This document shows, piece after piece, positions 31,257 through 39,245 of a stretch of DNA of 64,000 nt (within the stretch, counting starts at the first letter, position 1; each line of letters starts with the position of its first letter). The notes below the pieces were generated by a model that saw only the letters and a program-made list of their open reading frames with translations, did no database searches and was not told the DNA's origin. The DNA is from Acutalibacteraceae bacterium (lineage in GTDB: Bacteria > Bacillota > Clostridia > Oscillospirales > Acutalibacteraceae). The stretch is from assembly GCA_045604765.1 (NCBI GenBank), contig JAZUOS010000054.1:14267-78266 (forward strand), read 5' to 3'. Both the position numbers and the translations under genes were made by a program.

Positions 31257-31929
31257 TTGCGCCGCCCTCTATTTTATATCCAACATTTTTAACGGTATGT
31301 ATAAGTACGCCGGCGGCTTCCAGCTTTACGCGCAGTTTGCGTATGTGAACATCAAGCGTGCGCGATTCTTCATAAAAATCGCCCCACACCTGTGTGAGTA
31401 GTGTATCACGCGGAACAACCTTGCCACCCGCTTCAAGCAGCATGAGCAATAACGAATATTCCTTAAACGAAAGCGCAACCTCACATCCGTCAACCGCCAC
31501 AATGTGCTTTTCGGGATTTACATACAAATTATCTATTTTATATTCCTGAATTTTTGGGTTTGTTTTTTCATAACGGCGCAGCACTGCGCGTATGCGAGAT
31601 AGAAGCTCGGTCATACCAAAAGGCTTTGCAACATAATCATCAGCGCCCGCATCAAGCCCCGTAACCTTGTCGTATTCGCTGTCGCGAGCTGTGAGCATAA
31701 TAACGGGGATATTTTTGTGAGCGTCCGACGACCTTAATTTGCCTAAAATTGAAAGTCCATCTTCGCCAGGCAGCATTATGTCAAGCAGAATAAGGCTTGG
31801 TGTTTTTGCGGATAAAGCAACCCAAAAATTATTTGGGTGCTCAAAGCCCTCGACCTCAAGCCCCTCTTTTGCAAGCGCATAGCACACAAGCTTGCGAATA
31901 TTAGCATCGTCTTCAACAAAATAAATCAC
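31249..31929 (-). CDS. OmpR/PhoB-family response regulator
   Basis: 226 aa. Receiver domain (LLDIMLPGEDG) plus winged-helix output domain. Overlaps the kinase gene by 8 nt. Confidence 0.9.
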   Translation of the reverse strand: MIYFVEDDANIRKLVCYALAKEGLEVEGFEHPNNFWVALSAKTPSLILLDIMLPGEDGLSILGKLRSSDAHKNIPVIMLTARDSEYDKVTGLDAGADDYVAKPFGMTELLSRIRAVLRRYEKTNPKIQEYKIDNLYVNPEKHIVAVDGCEVALSFKEYSLLLMLLEAGGKVVPRDTLLTQVWGDFYEESRTLDVHIRKLRVKLEAAGVLIHTVKNVGYKIEGGANG

Positions 31930-32005
31930 AAAAAATCACCGCCTTTGCGCTATATTATATTATAAAAATTCTTTAATTTCAATACAGCTTATGTTAAACC
32001 TATGT

Positions 32006-32038
32006 AAAAAATCACAGTTCGTATGAACTGTGATTTTT
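32006..32038 (-). terminator. terminator after manA
   Basis: Perfect stem aatcacagttc / gaactgtgatt with a T-run on the minus strand. Confidence 0.7.
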
Positions 32039-32041
32039 GTT

Positions 32042-32998
32042 TTACATATGGGTATATAAAATCTCTGCCGTGCCGCAAAGTCTTGTTTTTAATGTGGCGG
32101 GTATAAACACGCTGTCACCCTTTTTGAGTCGCATCATACCACCTGTGTATGAAAGACTAACCTCGCCCTCTAGAACAAGCAGTGATATAAAGCTATCGTT
32201 ATCATAAATGCCGACATTACCGTCAAGGTGTATAAGCTCTGTTGTAAAATACTCGCATTTTGCAAGCTCTCTTACTGTTCCAAAAGGATATAGCGTTACA
32301 TCTCCTACCGCGCCGTAAGGTCTTTTGGGTTTTTGAGTTTTTGTAACCTCAACCGCCTGCTTTATATGAAGCTGACGCGGTTTGCCGTCAGCACCAAGTC
32401 TGCCGTAATCTGATACGCGATATGTAGTGTTAGAGTTTTGCTGCACCTCGGCAATAAGAATACCCTTGCCTATGGCGTGCATCGTGCCCGCCTCTATAAA
32501 GAACACATCACCCTTTTTAACGGGAACATAGTTGCAAACGGGCGATAAATTGTTATTGTTTATTCTTTCTAAAAATTCGCCCTGTGTTATGTCTTGATTA
32601 AAACCGTAAATAAGTTTTGCGTCATCATCACAGTCAACAACATACCACATTTCTGTTTTGCCGTATTCGCCTTCGTTAGCAAGGGCGTATTCATCGTTAG
32701 GATGCACCTGAACCGACAACCTGTCCTTTGCATCTATAAGCTTTATAAGAATTGGAAAATATGTAAAATCTGCCGCTTTTTTACCCAAAGTGTCAGCGCC
32801 TAACAGTTCAATAGCCTGCTGCAAGGTAAGTCCTGCATATTTGCCGTTTTTAACAATGCTGTTGCCGTCCTTATGGCACGAAAGCATCCACGCCTCTGCC
32901 GCCTTTTCACTGTCACTTTCAAAACCAAATTCATCTATAAGCCTTGTGCCGCCCCAAAGATAATCTTTTAACGGTGCTTTGAGCAGTAAAGGATACAT
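32042..32998 (-). CDS. manA: class I mannose-6-phosphate isomerase
   Basis: 318 aa. Motifs YLWGGTRL, SVQVHPND and a cupin fold pattern. Confidence 0.85.
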   Translation of the reverse strand: MYPLLLKAPLKDYLWGGTRLIDEFGFESDSEKAAEAWMLSCHKDGNSIVKNGKYAGLTLQQAIELLGADTLGKKAADFTYFPILIKLIDAKDRLSVQVHPNDEYALANEGEYGKTEMWYVVDCDDDAKLIYGFNQDITQGEFLERINNNNLSPVCNYVPVKKGDVFFIEAGTMHAIGKGILIAEVQQNSNTTYRVSDYGRLGADGKPRQLHIKQAVEVTKTQKPKRPYGAVGDVTLYPFGTVRELAKCEYFTTELIHLDGNVGIYDNDSFISLLVLEGEVSLSYTGGMMRLKKGDSVFIPATLKTRLCGTAEILYTHM

Positions 32999-33350
32999 AT
33001 ATTAAACCTCCTTCTATATTATAACGGACATTATTGCTCTTATATTATATCACCATATTTGTCGGTGTTCAAGAAAATATTGAAAATATGTCGAATTTTG
33101 GGCTGAAATACGCAAAACAAACTGCAATTTTAAAAAATTTTATTTTACATAAATATTTTATTCAGTTTATGTTTGCATACTGCTTTATCCCACTTTTTAA
33201 CCGAGTTTTCCACCGAAATCGTGTCGAAAATTGCCATCAAACCGTTATTTCACCTTTAAAACGGTGAATTTCTCGGTGGATAAAGTGAAAAACTTTTTAG
33301 GTTGTTTCGGTTTACATAATGCTAAAAAATGCAAAAATTTCCATAAAAAT

Positions 33351-33368
33351 TGTAACAATTTTGTAACT
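33351..33368 (+). promoter_or_regulatory. TTGTAAC direct repeat (11-bp period), candidate regulator site
   Basis: aaaTTGTAACaattTTGTAAC. Near-copy of the motif at 37942-37958. Confidence 0.3.
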
Positions 33369-33393
33369 TGATTTTTTTAGTAAAATACCCTTA

Positions 33394-33645
33394 TCACATT
33401 AATATATACAAAAGCGCCAAAAAAAGCCACTTATCATGGCAATCTCCCGCTAAAATCAAAATTAGTCCCATAATGAGTATATCGTCATTTGAACCTAACG
33501 TAATAAAATTGTTCGGTGATTTTTGGGGCGGATTATGACCGTTTTGCCTGGGGCTTCGCTCGGCCTTAGCGGCTTTTTTGTTCATTTCACGCAGCTGCTC
33601 TATAGCAGTTTGTTTAGCCTGCGAAAAGTTATGCATATCGTTCAA
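33394..33645 (-). CDS. small hypothetical protein with C-terminal hydrophobic segment
   Basis: 83-aa ORF, last of three co-oriented small ORFs. Confidence 0.4.
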   Translation of the reverse strand: MNDMHNFSQAKQTAIEQLREMNKKAAKAERSPRQNGHNPPQKSPNNFITLGSNDDILIMGLILILAGDCHDKWLFLALLYILM

Positions 33646-33659
33646 TAATTATGCACTCC

Positions 33660-34022
33660 TTAAAAATCAAATATGCCACTGTCTTGTATGAGCGGTAACA
33701 GGTCGATAATTTTAAGTAATTTTATGGCGGTGTCAACCTTTTCTTGTCGGGGCGCGCTAAGGTGCGGCTTTAGCGCTAATAATAAATTTGAGCGACTGTC
33801 ACTCTGCCCTGTTTTAAGCCGCGACATAACCGACATTATTTTACCTATCTGCGCGGGGTCGATATCCATATTTCCAAAAAGCGAACCAAAATCTGCAGCG
33901 GGCGGCGATTTTTCCTGCTTTTTGTTATCGCCACCCAATATGTTTTCTGCCATTTCGCGCACGCGGTTAAGACTGTCAGGGTCATTAAGTAATTCTGCTA
34001 ATTTTTCGCTTATATCATCCAT
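33660..34022 (-). CDS. hypothetical protein
   Basis: 120-aa ORF that overlaps the upstream ORF by 8 nt. Confidence 0.5.
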   Translation of the reverse strand: MDDISEKLAELLNDPDSLNRVREMAENILGGDNKKQEKSPPAADFGSLFGNMDIDPAQIGKIMSVMSRLKTGQSDSRSNLLLALKPHLSAPRQEKVDTAIKLLKIIDLLPLIQDSGIFDF

Positions 34023-34236
34023 TTTTGTTTCCGCCTAAAATTTTCATAATATTTTTAGCAGCATCGGAATTTAAAATTTGCTTTAGTTTATCTTTATCGG
34101 CAAGAACATCGTTTATTTTTTCACGGTCATTTTCGCTTAAATTTGACATTAAAGCCTCGGCGTCACCGCGTCGCGCAGCGTTGATTGTATTTTTGTCTAT
34201 TTTGCTAAAATCATTATTCATTTGCTTTTCCCCCAA
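34015..34236 (-). CDS. small hypothetical protein
   Basis: 73-aa hydrophilic ORF, first in the trio. Confidence 0.45.
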   Translation of the reverse strand: MGEKQMNNDFSKIDKNTINAARRGDAEALMSNLSENDREKINDVLADKDKLKQILNSDAAKNIMKILGGNKNG

Positions 34237-34283
34237 AAATAAAGTATTATATATGTAAATGTATGTTAAAGGCAGGTGCGTTT

Positions 34284-34757
34284 ATGCGAATAGCCGTTAT
34301 ATCTGACTCACACGGACAGGGTTTAATTGTTGATAGAATAATCCGCCGCGAAAAAGATGCTGACGCCATTATCTTTTTAGGTGATGTTACAAGCGATATA
34401 GAAGACTTCACCTATGAATATACCGATAAAAAGTTTTATATAGTAAGCGGTAACTGCGACCGATTTCCGTCTTTTCCGTACAGCAGTGTAGCAAGTATCG
34501 GCGGCATTAATATTTTTATATGCCACGGCCATACCTTAGGCGTTAAAGGCGGCCTTGGCGGGCTGATTAGGGCGGCAAGACAGTCGGAGTGTACAATCGC
34601 GTTATACGGACACACCCACATACCCAATATAAAATATGAAGATGGCTTGTATATTGTGAATCCCGGCTCGTGCGCACGCTCACGCGACGGCGGCAACAGC
34701 TATGCCGTAATAGATATACGCGACAACGGAATATTACCCTCGATAGTAAGAATATAA
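34284..34757 (+). CDS. YfcE/MJ0936-type metallophosphoesterase
   Basis: MRIAVISDSHG, GD, GNCD and HGH motifs. Start moved to the ATG at 34284. Confidence 0.85.
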   Translation: MRIAVISDSHGQGLIVDRIIRREKDADAIIFLGDVTSDIEDFTYEYTDKKFYIVSGNCDRFPSFPYSSVASIGGINIFICHGHTLGVKGGLGGLIRAARQSECTIALYGHTHIPNIKYEDGLYIVNPGSCARSRDGGNSYAVIDIRDNGILPSIVRI

Positions 34758-34760
34758 AAT

Positions 34761-34793
34761 AGGAGCAAACCAAAATTTTGGTTTGCTCCTTTA
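34761..34793. terminator. bidirectional terminator
   Basis: 12-bp perfect stem aggagcaaacca / tggtttgctcct. Confidence 0.65.
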
Positions 34794-34805
34794 AATTTTC
34801 ACAAT

Positions 34806-35696
34806 TTATTTTACCCTTGCAAAGTTGCCAAAGGTGTTGCCGACATTTTCCACAAAAGAGAAGGTGTTGTCATATTTTTTAAGAATATTTTGAAAATCAA
34901 CTATCTGGTGTTTGTTAACAACACAAATAAGCACGTCTTTTTTTTGCTTTTGGTAGGCGCCTACTGCGCTCATTTTCGTAGCGCCGTGATGCAGCGTGTG
35001 CAAAACCTCTGCGCTTATTTCATCGGCGTGGGTGGTAATAACCGTAAATTTATACGCCTGCTTTGAGCCTTGAATAATTACATTGCCCAAAAAAGTAGAG
35101 ATAAAGCAATATATTATGCATAGGCAAACGGGCTTGTAATCATAACTCACACCGCCCGCGGTGTTAGGTTTGGCATATACAAAAAACGATATTACAGCCA
35201 CTATTGCGTTAAGGGTAAGTGTTACCCAAAAGAAATTAAGATAAGGCCGCTTTATGCTTATGTATTTTGATACTATATCGGTGCCTCCCGTGGATGCATT
35301 GTGGCGTGCGCACATTCCGTAAACCAAGCCGCCTAAGGTTCCGCTTATAATAACGGGATAAATAGTATCGTGACCGCCCGCATCATACTGAAAATCGGTA
35401 AAGCCTATTTGCTGAAGACCTAAATACACAAACGAATAAACCAAGCAAAACAGTAACGATTTTTTTGCAAAATCGCGATTTACAAAAAAGTAGGCAAGAA
35501 TACAGAGCGGAACATTAATAATAAGTGACATATAACCGATGCTAAAGCCTGTTTTGTACTGTATCATTGTGGCAATACCGTTAATACCCGCAGGGGCAAA
35601 GTTGTTTTTTATAATAAACAGCTGATAGGTAAAGGCAAGCAGTATTGCTGCTAAAATCACAAACAGATATGCGCTTATATTTTTTGTTTTTTTCAT
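34806..35696 (-). CDS. YitT-family (DUF2179) membrane protein
   Basis: About 296 aa, polytopic, with a soluble C-terminal domain. Start ambiguous (35696, 35702 or 35705). Confidence 0.8.
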   Translation of the reverse strand: MKKTKNISAYLFVILAAILLAFTYQLFIIKNNFAPAGINGIATMIQYKTGFSIGYMSLIINVPLCILAYFFVNRDFAKKSLLFCLVYSFVYLGLQQIGFTDFQYDAGGHDTIYPVIISGTLGGLVYGMCARHNASTGGTDIVSKYISIKRPYLNFFWVTLTLNAIVAVISFFVYAKPNTAGGVSYDYKPVCLCIIYCFISTFLGNVIIQGSKQAYKFTVITTHADEISAEVLHTLHHGATKMSAVGAYQKQKKDVLICVVNKHQIVDFQNILKKYDNTFSFVENVGNTFGNFARVK

Positions 35697-35743
35697 ATAC
35701 ATCACCCAAAAGTCATTTTAACACATTAAAAATTTTTTGCAAC

Positions 35744-35771
35744 AAAAAAGGCGAGAAAATCTCGCCTTTTT
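35744..35771. terminator. terminator after the EF-G-like gene
   Basis: Stem aaggcgag / ctcgcctt flanked by an A-run and a T-run. Confidence 0.6.
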
Positions 35772-35775
35772 AAAA

Positions 35776-37815
35776 TTATTCTTTATTTGCCTCATCAATA
35801 ACCTTTTGAGCAATATTTGCAGGTACTGTTTCATATCTTGCAAATTCAAGCGTAAAGGTTGCGGTACCCTGTGTGAGCGAACGCATAGCAGTAGAAAAAT
35901 CAGACATTTCGGCGGTAGGAACCTCACCGATAATCTCTTGCATTTTGTTTTCTACAGGATTCATACCAATAATTCTGCCGCGGCGTTTGTTTATGTCACC
36001 TATAACATCGCCGAGCATATCATCGGGAACCAAAACCTTAAGTGTGCTGATAGGTTCAAGCAGCACGGGGCTTGCCTTGCTGATACCCTCTTTAAAGGCA
36101 ATAGACGCTGCCATCTTAAATGCCATTTCAGACGAGTCAACAGGATGGTATGAGCCGTCTACCAATGTTGCCTTAATGCCAACCATTGGGTAGCCAGCCA
36201 ATACGCCCTTGAGCGTTGAGTCACGAAGACCCTTTTCAACTGCGGGGAAGAAGTTTTTAGGTACGGCGCCGCCAAATACCTTTTCTTCAAATACGAGTTC
36301 AGAGCTGTCGCAGGGCTCAAATTCAATCCAAACATCACCAAACTGACCGTGACCGCCCGACTGTTTCTTATGGCGACCTTGCGCCTTAACCGGCTTTTGA
36401 ATTGTTTCGCGGTAAGCAATCTTCGGCTTTTGCAGCACTACATCGCAACCGAATTTTGCTTTAAGCTTAGAAACAACAATATCGGTATGCTGTTCGCCCA
36501 AAGTGCTCATAACAAGCTCTCGAGTTTCGGTGTCGTTTGCTACCTTTAAGGTTGGGTCCTCTTCCATAATTCTGTTAAGACCTGAGCTAATCTTTTCTTC
36601 GTCACCCTTCTTTGCAGGGTAGATAGCTGTTTTTAGGTTAGGATATGGGAAGTCAATAGCCGCAACAGCCACATTGCCGCTTGCTGAGAGTGTATCGCCT
36701 GTTATAGTAGCGCCAAGCTTTGATACCGAGCCAATGTCACCTGCAGCGATTTCGTTTGCATCTTCTTGCTTGCCGCCTTTAAGCCACATAACCTTTGAAA
36801 GACGTTCTTCTTCGCCTGTGCGATTATTTTTAAGCTTCATATCGCCTGTAATTTTACCTGAAATAACCTTAAAGTATGAAAGCTTACCAACAAATGGGTC
36901 AGCGATTGTTTTAAAAATAAACAAAGCATTTTCACCGTCGACGTTTGGTGTTACCTTATCACCGCTTGCAAGTGTAACGGTGCTGTCGGCAGCAGAAGGC
37001 ATAATATCTGCAATGCTGTCAGCAAAAAGCGGTATAGCCGAGCCGTCTATCTGCACACCGCAATATACGGGGCAAATTTCACCCGACTTTATACCGATTT
37101 TAAGCCCTGCGGTAATCTCGTCGGCGGTAAGCTCTTCGCCGCCAAAGTATTTTTCCATAAGCTCTTCGTCGGTAGATGCCACTGCCTCGATAAGCATTTC
37201 GCGCATACTGTTTACTTCGCTGCTGTCAGGCATTGCTGTTTCGGCAAGATTGATGCCGTCGGCAGTATAAGCCTTGTTAGCAACCAAATCAACATAGCAT
37301 TTAACAACATCCTCTTCTATGTAAGGAACAACAACGGGGCAAACCACCGCGCCGTAGTTTGCAACAAGCGCTGAAATTACGCGGTAAAAATGAGCGTGTG
37401 TAGAATTAAGCTTACCAACAAAAAATCCCGCTGCCTTACCTGCGGCGCGAGCCTTTTCAAAAGATTGCTTGGCACCCACGGTAAGACCTGATTTACCCGA
37501 AATTGTAACAATAACGCTATCGGCTGCAGCCAAAGCCTCGCTCACGCCACCCGCAAAGTCAAAAAGCCCCGGCGCGTCAATAAGATTTAACTTAACGTCA
37601 CCTTTTTCTAATGCGTAAACTGAGGTAGAAACCGAACAGCCGCGTTTTTTCTCTTCTGCATCAAAATCGAAAACCGAGGTACCCTCTGAAGTATTACCTA
37701 TTCGCTCAATTGCTTTAGAATGGTAAAGAACACTACTTGCAAGTGTGGATTTACCCGAATTTCCGTGGCCTAAAAAGGCAATGTTTTTAATTTTGTCAGC
37801 TGAATAGTTTTTCAT
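35776..37815 (-). CDS. elongation factor G paralogue (translational GTPase)
   Basis: 679 aa from the ATG at 37815, preceded by GGGAGGA. G1 GHGNSGKST and G3 DAPG. The 758-aa track ORF includes a spurious N-terminal extension. Confidence 0.85.
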   Translation of the reverse strand: MKNYSADKIKNIAFLGHGNSGKSTLASSVLYHSKAIERIGNTSEGTSVFDFDAEEKKRGCSVSTSVYALEKGDVKLNLIDAPGLFDFAGGVSEALAAADSVIVTISGKSGLTVGAKQSFEKARAAGKAAGFFVGKLNSTHAHFYRVISALVANYGAVVCPVVVPYIEEDVVKCYVDLVANKAYTADGINLAETAMPDSSEVNSMREMLIEAVASTDEELMEKYFGGEELTADEITAGLKIGIKSGEICPVYCGVQIDGSAIPLFADSIADIMPSAADSTVTLASGDKVTPNVDGENALFIFKTIADPFVGKLSYFKVISGKITGDMKLKNNRTGEEERLSKVMWLKGGKQEDANEIAAGDIGSVSKLGATITGDTLSASGNVAVAAIDFPYPNLKTAIYPAKKGDEEKISSGLNRIMEEDPTLKVANDTETRELVMSTLGEQHTDIVVSKLKAKFGCDVVLQKPKIAYRETIQKPVKAQGRHKKQSGGHGQFGDVWIEFEPCDSSELVFEEKVFGGAVPKNFFPAVEKGLRDSTLKGVLAGYPMVGIKATLVDGSYHPVDSSEMAFKMAASIAFKEGISKASPVLLEPISTLKVLVPDDMLGDVIGDINKRRGRIIGMNPVENKMQEIIGEVPTAEMSDFSTAMRSLTQGTATFTLEFARYETVPANIAQKVIDEANKE

Positions 37816-37941
37816 AAAGTGTATCCTCCCTTGTCGAACTCCCCTTGGAGTTCTAATTACCAAATTATTATAGCACAATTGTATAGCAATTACAACTAAA
37901 AAATTAAAAAGTCTTAATATTTTTTGTCTAAAACTCACAAA

Positions 37942-38000
37942 TTGTAACTTTTTGTAACCTTTAGGCCCCAAAAGGTTACAAAACTGAAAACATTTGTAAC
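37942..38000 (+). promoter_or_regulatory. cluster of TTGTAAC motifs including an 11-bp inverted repeat
   Basis: TTGTAAC at 37942, 37952 and 37994. TTGTAACCTTT-N8-AAAGGTTACAA spans 37952-37981. Confidence 0.3.
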
Positions 38001-38075
38001 CAAATTGTTGCTTAATTTTTTGGTGCCATATATGTATAATATATAAAGTCAAGAAAATGAAAGGAGTTGTACGTG

Positions 38076-38663
38076 ATGAAAAAAGTTCTAAGCTTAGTTA
38101 TATGCCTCGTGATGCTCGCAGTGTGCTCGTCACTTATTGCTCCAATGGTGAGTGAGGGTACTCAGGTTAGCGCCGCTACCGCCGAAGAGATTAAAACAAA
38201 CGCTAACGAAGCGCGTTTTTTAAATATGCTTAATCACAACTTTGTATACGGCAGTGATTTTGATAATGCCGACACAATTGTTAACAACTCGGTTTTAGCG
38301 CTTCTTGATTTGCGCGACAGCGAAAACGAAGACTTTATTTCCGACACCTATGTAAAAGGCTTTGTAAGTGATATGTATGGCATTGATATTGCTGATATGT
38401 CTACTCTTAACGCCGATTGCCCACAGCTTGACGGTTTTGTTTATATTATTCCTCGTGGGTACACAAGCTACAACCACACAATTGTATCGGTAGAGCAAAA
38501 CGAAGACGGCAGCTATACAGTTGTAAGCGATGTAACGGTAAACGACCACGACGCCGCAAGCAAGTCTCAAAAGGCAGTTTCACTCTTTGTTGAAAACGAA
38601 AATTCAGCATTTGGTTATAATATGATTTATTGCAATTTAGTAACTAACAGCACCGATATTTAA
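38076..38663 (+). CDS. secreted hypothetical protein
   Basis: Start at the ATG at 38076 after GAAAGGAG. Signal-peptide-like N-terminus MKKVLSLVICLVMLAVCSS. Confidence 0.55.
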   Translation: MKKVLSLVICLVMLAVCSSLIAPMVSEGTQVSAATAEEIKTNANEARFLNMLNHNFVYGSDFDNADTIVNNSVLALLDLRDSENEDFISDTYVKGFVSDMYGIDIADMSTLNADCPQLDGFVYIIPRGYTSYNHTIVSVEQNEDGSYTVVSDVTVNDHDAASKSQKAVSLFVENENSAFGYNMIYCNLVTNSTDI

Positions 38664-38679
38664 TTAAATAAATATTTGA

Positions 38680-38713
38680 AATACGGGCAAATTAAATTTG
38701 TCCGTATTTTTTT
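38680..38713 (+). terminator. Rho-independent terminator
   Basis: 12-bp stem atacgggcaaat / atttgtccgtat (1 mismatch) plus a T-run. Confidence 0.6.
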
Positions 38714-38724
38714 GAAAATTTTTC

Positions 38725-38753
38725 TTGACAAATTGCCTTATAGAATATATAAT
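38725..38753 (+). promoter_or_regulatory. consensus sigma-A promoter of the tRNA-Met/tRNA-Glu pair
   Basis: TTGACA-17 nt-TATAAT, 30 nt upstream of the tRNA. Confidence 0.65.
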
Positions 38754-38783
38754 GTTTTGGCACGGTAAAAAACCGAGACACAT

Positions 38784-38860
38784 GGCTGTATAGCTCAGTT
38801 GGCTAGAGCATGCGGTTCATACCCGCAGTGTCATTGGTTCGAATCCAATTACAGCCACCA
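38784..38860 (+). tRNA. tRNA-Met (CAT), elongator type
   Basis: Full cloverleaf folds by hand. Anticodon loop TTCATAC, encoded CCA. Confidence 0.85.
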
Positions 38861-38864
38861 ATCC

Positions 38865-38940
38865 GGCCCGTTGGTCAAGAGGCCTAAGACACCGCCCTTT
38901 CACGGCGGTAACACGAGTTCGAATCTCGTACGGGTCACCA
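38865..38940 (+). tRNA. tRNA-Glu (TTC)
   Basis: Cloverleaf folds. Anticodon stem-loop CCGCC-CTTTCAC-GGCGG, encoded CCA. Confidence 0.9.
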
Positions 38941-38944
38941 AAAA

Positions 38945-38976
38945 AGCAGATACCCTTTTGGGTGTCTGCTTTTTTC
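38945..38976 (+). terminator. terminator after tRNA-Glu
   Basis: 11-bp stem agcagataccc / gggtgtctgct plus a T-run. Confidence 0.7.
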
Positions 38977-38987
38977 TTTTACTTTGA

Positions 38988-39011
38988 GTACGAGATTCGA
39001 AAAGCACGGTT
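38988..39011 (+). repeat. 22-24-nt box, copy 1 (reverse complement of the tRNA-Glu T-arm/acceptor 3' strand)
   Basis: gtACGAGATTCGAAAAGCACGGTT. The first 14 nt are the exact reverse complement of TTCGAATCTCGTAC in the adjacent tRNA-Glu. Confidence 0.7.
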
Positions 39012-39124
39012 GGCGAAAGACAATTCTAAATGTCCGGTGGACATTTAGAAAGTGCGGGTGCGTGTCGGCGGCGTTGCCGTCGAGCGAATCGGACTTGTGC
39101 AACAATGAGAATAAACCAAAGGCC

Positions 39125-39157
39125 GAACACCTATAAGGGTGTTCTTTTTATTTTTTT
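39125..39157 (+). terminator. terminator-like hairpin closing unit 1
   Basis: Stem gaacacc / ggtgttc plus a T-rich run. Confidence 0.5.
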
Positions 39158-39181
39158 GCACGAGATTCGAAAAGCACGGTT
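39158..39181 (+). repeat. 22-24-nt box, copy 2
   Basis: gcACGAGATTCGAAAAGCACGGTT, 170 nt after copy 1. Confidence 0.7.
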
Positions 39182-39215
39182 AGGCATATCCCGATGACAA
39201 GAGTCCAGTAATTTT

Positions 39216-39245
39216 AAAAAAGCAAGGCAAAAAGCCTTGCTTTTT
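39216..39245. terminator. bidirectional terminator (end of the GH130-C gene and of box unit 2)
   Basis: Stem agcaaggc / gccttgct flanked by an A-run and a T-run. Confidence 0.6.

Noticed and set aside
33034-33267. 77-aa plus-strand ORF in the AT-rich gap upstream of manA
   Set aside because: It has no RBS, an implausible hydrophobic/aromatic composition typical of AT-rich non-coding DNA, and overlaps the repeat structure reported as a finding.
36674-37270. 198-aa ORF antisense to the EF-G paralogue. The same applies to the alternative-frame ORFs in the flotillin coiled-coil region (50451-50969 and 50579-50905).
   Set aside because: The products are Ser/Pro/Ala-rich and low-complexity, lie inside well-supported genes, and have no translation signals.
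35776-38052. Long N-terminal extensions in track ORFs: EF-G 758 aa, GH3 1046 aa, both tandem GH130s, PadR, GH99-like and GH2
   Set aside because: In each case an internal start with a good Shine-Dalgarno coincides with the family N-terminus. The extensions cross promoter-like AT-rich DNA.
38784-38860. CAT-anticodon tRNA as initiator tRNA or lysidine-modified tRNA-Ile2
   Set aside because: The anticodon loop is TTCATAC with stem TGCGG/CCGCA, like elongator Met. It lacks the three consecutive G-C pairs and the CTCATAA loop of initiator and Ile2 types.
38799-38987. 62-aa ORF overlapping tRNA-Met/tRNA-Glu. The same applies to the 63-aa ORF at 58768-58959 overlapping tRNA-Cys.
   Set aside because: These regions are explained by well-folding tRNA genes and terminators.
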